Source of the DNA: Actinomycetes bacterium
GTDB taxonomy: Bacteria; Actinomycetota; Acidimicrobiia; Acidimicrobiales; Palsa-688
Assembly (NCBI GenBank): GCA_021828475.1
Contig: JAJZIY010000012.1
Span: 1,010 to 65,009, forward strand
Direction: 5' to 3'
Length of the DNA stretch: 64,000 bases
Shown here in pieces: positions 57,345 through 64,000 of the stretch (positions are counted from its first letter, which is position 1; each line of letters begins with the position of its first letter). The position numbers and the translations under genes are program-made. The notes below the pieces were generated by a model, which was given only the letters and a program-made list of their open reading frames with translations, did no database searches and was not told the DNA's origin.

Positions 57345-60300
57345 CTACGAGCGGCTCTTGGCGCCGTTCTTCGCCTGGGCGGTCGTGGTGGTCGTGGTGG
57401 CCGCCGTAGTGGAGCGTGGCACCGTGGTGGTGGCCACCCGGTGCTCCAACTGGTCGGCCAGGGCGACGGCCGCCTCGCCGGCCTGGATGTCGTTCTGGTA
57501 GGTCCCGAGGTCGCCGCTTTGCAGGGCTCGCTTGGCCAGGGCGAAGTCCTGCTGTGCCTCGGCGAGGTAGCGGGCGACGCTCGACCCCGGTGCCGGTGCG
57601 GAGGTCGGCACGGTCGTAGTAGGCGCCTGGCGCCGGGTGGTCGGCACCCGGGCGGGCACGGTCGTCGAGGTGACGGCCGGGCTGGTGGTCGTGGTGGACG
57701 CGCCCGGTGACCTGCGACGGGTGGCGGGCTTGGGCAGCGAAGCGGGTGCGGGCCGTCCCCCCGGGCAGAGGCTGGCGAAGGGGTGCCCACCCCCGGGGTT
57801 CGTGACCCGGCAGAGGGCGGTGTAGACCGAGGGCGGGTTGTCGACGCCCGAGTCGAACGCCTGATGGTCGTAGACCACGATGACATCGCCGAGGCGCGGG
57901 GCCGTGGCGCCTGAACCGGAAGCGGCCGGCTCCACATAGAGGGGCTGGAAGTACACCAGTGTCTGCCCGATGGGCACCATCGACAGGTTGCCCAGGAGCA
58001 CCCGCGACCCGTTCTGGTTGAGCAGGCTCAGCTCCTCGGAGATCACGTTGTTGGCCTTGACGGCGTTCGACACGAGGGACGGCCCGTCGACGGATTGACC
58101 GGCAGGGACCGTGAAGAGCGTCAACTGCCCGTAGTCGTTGGGGTCGGACGACGCCGTCATGAAGGCGGTCAGGTTTGACTTGTCCCCCGCCGACGCGGGC
58201 ACGAAAGGTTGGACGAGCACGAAGCTCTGCTGGGTCGGGGCCTGGCCTGGCAGCGCCATCAGCTCGTACACCGGCGGGATCAGCCCGGGCGGGGTCGAGC
58301 CGCCGCCGCCCCCGTTCAGCTCGAGGCGGGCCGGGTTCTGAGGCACACCCCATGCCTGGGACTGCGTGTAGAACTGCGACGCAGTCTGCTGGTGGTAGAG
58401 CGTGTACATGTTGGTCTGGACCGTGAAGAGGTCCTGGGGGTAGCGCCAGTGCGAGGCGATACCGGGGATGTCGGCCTGAGCCTTGGACATGGGGGTGAAC
58501 AGGCCCGGGAAGGCTGCTTCGTAAGCCTGCAGGACCGGGTCGGTGGGGTCCTGCACGAAGAACCACATCTTGCCGGTGTAGGCGTCCACGACGGCCTTGA
58601 CGGAGTTGCGGACGTAGTTGAAGTCGAGCCCGGCGAGCCCGCTCGAGGCCGGGAGGCGGGCGGTGTCAGCCGGCTCCGAGTAGGGGTAGTTGGCGCTGGT
58701 CGTGTAGGCGTCCTCCACCCAGTACAGGCGCCCGGACAGGATGACGGGGTAGGGGTGGCTGTCGTAGGCGAGGAACGGTGCCGCCTTTTGCAGGCGCTGG
58801 ACGACGTTGCGGTAGTACAGGATCCTCGAAGTGGGCGTCACCTGGCCGGAGAGCAACAGGTTGATGTCACCGAAGCTCACAGCGAAGGCGAGCCGGCGCA
58901 GTAGGCCCCCGGCGGCCACTCCGCCGTTGCCGGCGTAATGAGCCGTCTGTTCGTTGTTGGTGAGGGGATCCTGGTAGTCCAGCTCCGGTTGGGCCGAGTT
59001 CGCGACCACGTACCCGTATGCAGACTGCGGGCTGGTGTCGAAGTAGATCCTGGGTTGGTTGGTGAGCGAGGGCTGGCCCGAGCCCGGGATGTCGGAAAGG
59101 CTGAAGTTGGGGTACCCGCCGAGGGTGACCCCGGACTGGTTCGCGGGTGCCACGACCGCCGAGTACCCGTGGGTGAACTCGAGGTGACGGTTGACCCAGC
59201 TCGGGGGCACCTGTGGGGAGTTGAGCTCACGGGCGGACACGAGCACCGGCGTTTCCTGTGGGTGCGAGCTGTTGCCGGTGACCAGCGGGTAGCGGTCGGC
59301 GCTCGGGCCGCTCAGCTGGTAATAGCCACGGAAACCCTGCTGGCGGGTGAATATCTGGTTGATGTCGGACGAGCCGGCGTCCCAGACCGCCACGTTGGCC
59401 AGGGTCCGGCGGTTGGCCACCGCCTGCGCCGAGTCGCCGGTCACGGCGCCCGATGTCAGCGTGGCATCCCCCTGGAAGTTCTGCTGGGTCACGGACCCCA
59501 GGCCATAGGCCGCCGTCGTGGCCTGGATGTTGTCCTGGATGTACGGCTGCTCCTTGACGTTCTGTGCCGGCTTGACCACGAAGTTCTGGATTATTGCCGG
59601 GTAGGCGTTGCCCACCAGCGCCCAGACGAGGCCCCACAGGGCTACGCCGGACAGCGGTAGCACCCAGCCCTGGCGGCGGACGTTGTATAGGAACAGGCCT
59701 GCGGCCACGACCGAGATGGCAACCAGGAGCAGAAGGGCAGGGCTGACAGCGTGGACGTCCGTGTAGGTCGCCCCCGCCACGGGCGGGTACCGCGTGGACA
59801 GGACCAGGGACAGGCGCTGCAGGTAGTAGTTGGCGCCTTCTGTCAGCACCATGGCCGCCAGGAGGACCGATATGTGGGCTTTCACCTTGGGGGCCACCCG
59901 CCCGGAGGACGCGTGGGGCCGTATACCGCCGTTGAGGTAGTCGGCGAGGATGCACAGCAGCAGCGTCACCACCAGGGCGGCGAAGATCCAGTCGACGAAC
60001 CAGTTGACGAAGGGCAGTTCGAAGACGTAGAAGCCGGCGTTCATGTGGTACACGGGGTCGGCGCTGTTGGGGCCGGTGAAAGTCTGGGAGTTGGAGAACA
60101 ACAACCAGTTGTTCCACTGGGTATGGGCGCTGATCCCACCGATGGCTCCGAAGGCGAGCGCCACCACCGCTCTCGGCCAGCCGCGGTGGCGACCCGTCAG
60201 GTCCTGCCAGCGGGTCACCAGTTGGTCTTCGGGAGGCGGCCCTGCCGGAGCAAACCGGTCGGCGAGCCACAGGTTGCCCCAGATGAGAGCCACGAGCACG

Positions 60301-60527
60301 ACCGTGAAGGTGGCGCCCAGCCCCAACTGCACGGCGAGTGTCTTGACCCAGACCGCCGAGAAGCCCACCGAGCGGAACCAGAGCAGGTCCGTGTAGAAGG
60401 AGGCCAGCCGCTGGGCGAAGGCCAGCAGCAGCAGGAGCACCGCCAACCCGGCCGCCAGGGCCCACCGGCCCCGGTGCGCCCGCAGCGAGAGGCGGTTGGA
60501 TATGTCGGACGGCGCGCGCATCAGCAC
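57345..60527 (-). CDS. UPF0182 family polytopic membrane protein with a Thr-rich C-terminal extension
   Basis: 1060 aa. The N-terminus ...FYTDLLWFRSVGFSAVWVKTL has multiple TM segments, followed by a large extracytoplasmic domain. The tail is rich in TTTVP-type tracts. Confidence 0.85.
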   Translation of the reverse strand: MLMRAPSDISNRLSLRAHRGRWALAAGLAVLLLLLAFAQRLASFYTDLLWFRSVGFSAVWVKTLAVQLGLGATFTVVLVALIWGNLWLADRFAPAGPPPEDQLVTRWQDLTGRHRGWPRAVVALAFGAIGGISAHTQWNNWLLFSNSQTFTGPNSADPVYHMNAGFYVFELPFVNWFVDWIFAALVVTLLLCILADYLNGGIRPHASSGRVAPKVKAHISVLLAAMVLTEGANYYLQRLSLVLSTRYPPVAGATYTDVHAVSPALLLLVAISVVAAGLFLYNVRRQGWVLPLSGVALWGLVWALVGNAYPAIIQNFVVKPAQNVKEQPYIQDNIQATTAAYGLGSVTQQNFQGDATLTSGAVTGDSAQAVANRRTLANVAVWDAGSSDINQIFTRQQGFRGYYQLSGPSADRYPLVTGNSSHPQETPVLVSARELNSPQVPPSWVNRHLEFTHGYSAVVAPANQSGVTLGGYPNFSLSDIPGSGQPSLTNQPRIYFDTSPQSAYGYVVANSAQPELDYQDPLTNNEQTAHYAGNGGVAAGGLLRRLAFAVSFGDINLLLSGQVTPTSRILYYRNVVQRLQKAAPFLAYDSHPYPVILSGRLYWVEDAYTTSANYPYSEPADTARLPASSGLAGLDFNYVRNSVKAVVDAYTGKMWFFVQDPTDPVLQAYEAAFPGLFTPMSKAQADIPGIASHWRYPQDLFTVQTNMYTLYHQQTASQFYTQSQAWGVPQNPARLELNGGGGGSTPPGLIPPVYELMALPGQAPTQQSFVLVQPFVPASAGDKSNLTAFMTASSDPNDYGQLTLFTVPAGQSVDGPSLVSNAVKANNVISEELSLLNQNGSRVLLGNLSMVPIGQTLVYFQPLYVEPAASGSGATAPRLGDVIVVYDHQAFDSGVDNPPSVYTALCRVTNPGGGHPFASLCPGGRPAPASLPKPATRRRSPGASTTTTSPAVTSTTVPARVPTTRRQAPTTTVPTSAPAPGSSVARYLAEAQQDFALAKRALQSGDLGTYQNDIQAGEAAVALADQLEHRVATTTVPRSTTAATTTTTTAQAKNGAKSRS

Positions 60528-60575
60528 CCCGGAGCCTAATGGCAGGTCCCGGTGCCCGGTATGCGGCCGGCGCCC

Positions 60576-63014
60576 TCAGGCTTCCCGCGCCGCCCTCGGA
60601 CGAGTGGGGCGGCCGCCGGCACCCTGCTCAGCCGGGGCGAGAGCACAGCGGCAACCGGGATGGGCCGGCGGGTACAGCTGCCCGGTGGGCCACGCCTCGC
60701 CCTTGCGCTGGTGGCCGGCCAGGGCGTTGTCGTCACAGTCGGGGCATGGTCCCTCGGCCTCGCTGACCGCCCAGACCAGGGAGGCGCTCACGGGCAGGGC
60801 CAAGTAGGCTCCCCGCGACAGCGCCGCCGCCACGTGGTCGCGCGCCACGGCCTCTATACGCTGCGTCTTCCACTCACGGTAGGCAGCGCCCAGCGCGCCG
60901 GCCAGGTCAGCGCTGTCCTCTGCCTGCGCGTCGAAGGCGGCCTCCAGGCGTTGGCGCAATGGGTCGGCAATCGAGCGGCCAAGCTCGTCGGCGAGGTCCT
61001 CCACCACGTCGGGGCCCACCGCGTCGAGTTTGCCCTTCCCGCCGTAAAGCTCGGCGACAAGTTGGCTCCCGGCACGCGCCGCTTCCTCGAGCAGCGGCTT
61101 TCCCGCCTCGACGAAGCGGTCGGGTTGCTCCTCGGCGGCAGGCAGCACCGAGGTCGGCGTGGGGGTGCCCTTGGTGCTGCGCAGGCGGTCGAGCAGCGAG
61201 TTCTGCTCGTCCTGGAGGGCCCGCTTGAGCTTGCGTGCCAGCGACCCCTCGAGCCTGGTGGCGAGCTGGTCGCGGCGCGAGAAGTACTCTGCCCGAGGTC
61301 CGTCGGGAGCGTCGCGCTCCGGCTCCACGGCCTGATCGGCCTCGTCCGGCACAGCGGACCGGGCTGCGGTGGGGGCGTCGCCGGCCTGGGAAGCCAGGGA
61401 GCGCCTGGCGCTGGAGGTCGCATCTTCTCGTCCGGCGCGTATGCGGGCGAAGAGGCTCTCCACGTCCCTTTGGCCCTCGGTGCCAGGCGCCGCCTCCGTG
61501 CCGACGCCGGCGGTGCTGCGCCCGGCATCGAGGTCATGCGGCGCGGCCGAGCCGTCGGCCGTGGCTGCGGCCGTGGCCCCACCGGCCGCTTCGGTGCGCG
61601 CGCCCGCGACGGTGGTGTCACGGGCAGCGCTGCCCTCCCCAGCCTTCGGTAGGGCACCGACCGTGGCCTCGGAAGGGACCATGGCCGGGGGTGCCTCAGC
61701 CGCCGGCTCGGAGCGGACGAGCCGCACGCTCTCCACGGCGTCACCGGGGACGATGGTCGAGCTCGCCGCGCTCATCGCCGCAGCGGCCTGCCTCTTGCCC
61801 CGCGCCCTGGTGTCCTCGCCCTCCGCTGGTACGCGGCTCGGCGCGACCCCGTTGGCGTAGTCCGTTGCGGGTGGCTGGGTTGTGGCGGCCACGGGAGTGG
61901 TCACTGCCGAGGAGGCCCCGACCGGGTCGGAAGTCACGCGAACGTTGGCTCCGACCGAGGTGGCCGCGGCCACCTCGGTCACCTTCGGCGCCAGCACCAC
62001 CGGTCTCGTGTTGGTCGCCACGCTGCGCGACGTCCCAGGGCTGGCCGGAACCGGCCCTGGGACGTCCGTGCCCGTCGGCTGCGTGCCCGTCGGCTGCGTG
62101 CCCGAGGTGGCGGCGGGGGGCTGGCTGGTCTCGCCCGCAGGGCCGGTCGTGGCACCGCGCTGGCCGTCAGGGACCGACGCGCCTGACCTGGTGGCGTCTG
62201 CCTCGCCGTGCCCCCACAGGTCGTCCCCCCGGAGATCCAGGGGCTCGGCCGGACCGGTGCCGTGCGGGCGCCCAACGGCGTCGGACGCCGCCCGCGCCTC
62301 AGCGTCCGCCCTCTGCAGTTCGTCCGTCACCTCGTCCAAGGTGCGGCGCACCACCAGGTAAGCGTCGAGGAGGCGCTCCCGCCCCGCCCGCAACTGCTCG
62401 ATCTGGACCGTGGCCAGCTTGCGTCGGCGGGCCAGGTCCGTGAGGATCTTCTCGCGCAGGGCCTGGGCGGCTGCGACGGTCTCGTCGTAGCGCTCGCGCG
62501 CCTCAGCCTCGAGCTTGGCACGCTGCTCTGCCGCCGCCTGCAGAGCTGTGTTGGCGTCAGCGTCGGCTCGCTCACGGACCAGCGCTGCTGCCCCGTCCGC
62601 CTCGGCCGAGCGCCGGGCGAGCAGCGCCCCCGCCTCGGCGACCATCGCGTCGGCCCGGTTCTTGGCTTCCTCGACCATCTGCCTGGCCGTGCCGTCCGCT
62701 TTGGCGGTTATCTCCGCCGCAGCGCTGCGGGCGCTGCGCAGTATCGCAGCCGTCTCCTCGCCGACGGCCGACATGAGGGTCGCCTCGTCGAACTTGGGGT
62801 GCAAGGCGCGTTGCTCGGCATCGCGCCGGGCGCTCTCCGCCTGGTCGCAGCGTTCACGCAACCGGCGGACCTGAGCCGCAACTTGTTCGAGGAACTGCTT
62901 GACCTCTTCGGGGTCGTAGCCTCGCCAGGCCTGACCGAACCTGCGCCCCGCGACCAGATCTGCCGAGATGTCGGGCAGATCGCTGATGCGGTTGATGGCG
63001 CGGTCGTTGGGCAT
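60576..63014 (-). CDS. DivIVA domain protein with a coiled coil, a ~300-aa disordered region and a Cys-rich Mu-F-like C-terminus
   Basis: N-terminal DivIVA domain FGQAWRGYDPEEVKQFLEQVAAQV, then a long Ala/Glu/Arg coiled coil. The C-terminus reads RIEAVARDHV...LVWAVSEAEGPCPDCDDNALAG...YPPAHPGCRCAL. Confidence 0.8.
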   Translation of the reverse strand: MPNDRAINRISDLPDISADLVAGRRFGQAWRGYDPEEVKQFLEQVAAQVRRLRERCDQAESARRDAEQRALHPKFDEATLMSAVGEETAAILRSARSAAAEITAKADGTARQMVEEAKNRADAMVAEAGALLARRSAEADGAAALVRERADADANTALQAAAEQRAKLEAEARERYDETVAAAQALREKILTDLARRRKLATVQIEQLRAGRERLLDAYLVVRRTLDEVTDELQRADAEARAASDAVGRPHGTGPAEPLDLRGDDLWGHGEADATRSGASVPDGQRGATTGPAGETSQPPAATSGTQPTGTQPTGTDVPGPVPASPGTSRSVATNTRPVVLAPKVTEVAAATSVGANVRVTSDPVGASSAVTTPVAATTQPPATDYANGVAPSRVPAEGEDTRARGKRQAAAAMSAASSTIVPGDAVESVRLVRSEPAAEAPPAMVPSEATVGALPKAGEGSAARDTTVAGARTEAAGGATAAATADGSAAPHDLDAGRSTAGVGTEAAPGTEGQRDVESLFARIRAGREDATSSARRSLASQAGDAPTAARSAVPDEADQAVEPERDAPDGPRAEYFSRRDQLATRLEGSLARKLKRALQDEQNSLLDRLRSTKGTPTPTSVLPAAEEQPDRFVEAGKPLLEEAARAGSQLVAELYGGKGKLDAVGPDVVEDLADELGRSIADPLRQRLEAAFDAQAEDSADLAGALGAAYREWKTQRIEAVARDHVAAALSRGAYLALPVSASLVWAVSEAEGPCPDCDDNALAGHQRKGEAWPTGQLYPPAHPGCRCALAPAEQGAGGRPTRPRAAREA

Positions 63015-63087
63015 GGCCCATAAGCCTACGCCTGGGGGGTCAAAGGATGGGGAACCTTGCCGGCTTTCCAGGGGGTTCCCGAGCCCC

Positions 63088-63112
63088 GACCGCCGGCCGT
63101 GGAACGGCGGTC
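63088..63112 (-). terminator. 8-bp hairpin (GACCGCCG-N9-CGGCGGTC) after the PDZ-Lon gene
   Basis: Read directly in the sequence, 15 nt downstream (on the minus strand) of the stop at 63127. Confidence 0.35.
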
Positions 63113-63126
63113 ACTTGCGGTCGCGT

Positions 63127-64000
63127 TCAGGCTCCGGACAGGGGGCTGCCGCCGAAACGGTGTGTGAGGACGCTGAGCACCTGGGCCAGGTTGGCGACCG
63201 GGACCACCTGCAGGCCCGGGCCCGCCATCGATCTCGCATCGGCGTACTCGGCGGTGGGCACGAAGAAGACCTGCGCCCCCGCCCGTTGCACGGCAACCGT
63301 CTTCTCCCGAACGCCGCCCACCGGGCCCACTGCGCCGTCGGGCGAGATCGTGCCCGTCGCAGCCACACGGTGGCCACCCGTCAGGTTGCCGCTGGAAAGG
63401 CTGTCGAGGATGGCCAGGGTGAAGGCCAAACCGGCCGACGGCCCGCCGATGTTGCCGGCGTCGACCGAGACGTGGAAGGGCAGCACCGGACGAATGAGCG
63501 TCTGTGTCTCGACGCCGAGGTAGCTGCGGTCTCTGAAACCCTGGCGCACGATGCTCGCAGGCGGCTTGGCCATCACGACCTTGACCGGCTTGGGGTGGCC
63601 CTTACCCCCGTGCTTGTCCATGATGGTCACAGCGGTGCCCGGAGCCACGCTCTTCAGGGCTGCCGTCAGGGCCTCTGCGGTGCTGACGGGGTGGCCGTCG
63701 ACGGCGGTCAGCACGTCGTTGCACTTGATCCCCGCTGCCCAGGCCGGCGAGCTCGCCCGTACACCGACTACCTGGGCCCCCAGTTCGGACGCACCCACCT
63801 TGTAGCGCAGCACCGTCAGTGCCGCCAGCGCCGCGTCCTGGTCTGCTGAGACCATCTGCTGGGCATCCTGACAGGCCAGCTCCGAGGCCGGCGTATTACC
63901 GGTGTAAGCCGCAACAGGGACCATCTCGTCGTGCTTGCTCAGGATGCCCAACTCGTACTCCGCCCAATCGAGCGGGCTCGCCTGGCTCACCTCGACGTCG
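63127..64000 (-). CDS. PDZ domain + Lon-protease (S16) C-terminal domain protein; the 5' end lies beyond the window
   Basis: PDZ region VVGVRASSPAWAAGIKCNDVLTAVDGHPV and Lon catalytic motif DAGNIGGPSAGLAFTLAI. The frame stays open to position 64000 and the expected N-terminal TM segment is absent. Confidence 0.85.
   Translation of the reverse strand, partial: DVEVSQASPLDWAEYELGILSKHDEMVPVAAYTGNTPASELACQDAQQMVSADQDAALAALTVLRYKVGASELGAQVVGVRASSPAWAAGIKCNDVLTAVDGHPVSTAEALTAALKSVAPGTAVTIMDKHGGKGHPKPVKVVMAKPPASIVRQGFRDRSYLGVETQTLIRPVLPFHVSVDAGNIGGPSAGLAFTLAILDSLSSGNLTGGHRVAATGTISPDGAVGPVGGVREKTVAVQRAGAQVFFVPTAEYADARSMAGPGLQVVPVANLAQVLSVLTHRFGGSPLSGA

Overview
A 64-kb, roughly 70% GC, densely coding chromosomal core segment of an Actinomycetota genome. 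The species cannot be identified from the sequence alone, and several departures from the Mycobacterium/Streptomyces gene layout suggest a more distant lineage. I call about 60 CDS, one tRNA-Thr(UGU), one riboswitch, one CIRCE operator, several GC-rich hairpin terminators and a few short tandem repeats. I see no rRNA, CRISPR, transposase, integrase or prophage genes. The backbone is the conserved actinobacterial block DUF2342 protease-tilS-hpt-folE-folP-folB-folK-panC-coaX-lysS ... clpC-radA-disA ... carD-ispD-ispF-rlmB, as I recall it from the M. tuberculosis Rv3627c-Rv3579c neighbourhood. It is preceded by a SulP transporter fragment, sucCD, a YdiJ-like FAD/Fe-S dehydrogenase, otsA, an ATP-dependent DNA ligase, infA, an NlpC/P60 hydrolase and sigH-rshA. 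It is followed by otsB, gpgS, groEL, hemQ, a five-gene peptide/nickel-type ABC importer, UPF0182 and a PDZ-Lon protease. The most interesting observations are: (i) a SAM-I/IV-type riboswitch, readable directly in the sequence, upstream of a threonine-synthase homologue plus a MoaD/ThiS-like carrier ending GG-Q, which is a candidate thiocarboxylate-dependent homocysteine route; (ii) a PTP-fold protein with the catalytic Cys replaced by Gln, wedged into the fol operon; (iii) a translationally coupled hemQ / LarE-like / NIL-domain trio; (iv) an orphan HypA-like protein lacking His2, coupled to a membrane protein; (v) a DivIVA protein with a phage Mu-F-like C-terminus inserted between UPF0182 and the PDZ-Lon protease; (vi) an ~830-bp non-coding stretch with locally lower GC, and a perfect tandem repeat upstream of carD. 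All functional calls rest on my reading of motifs in the translated ORFs. No database search was run.
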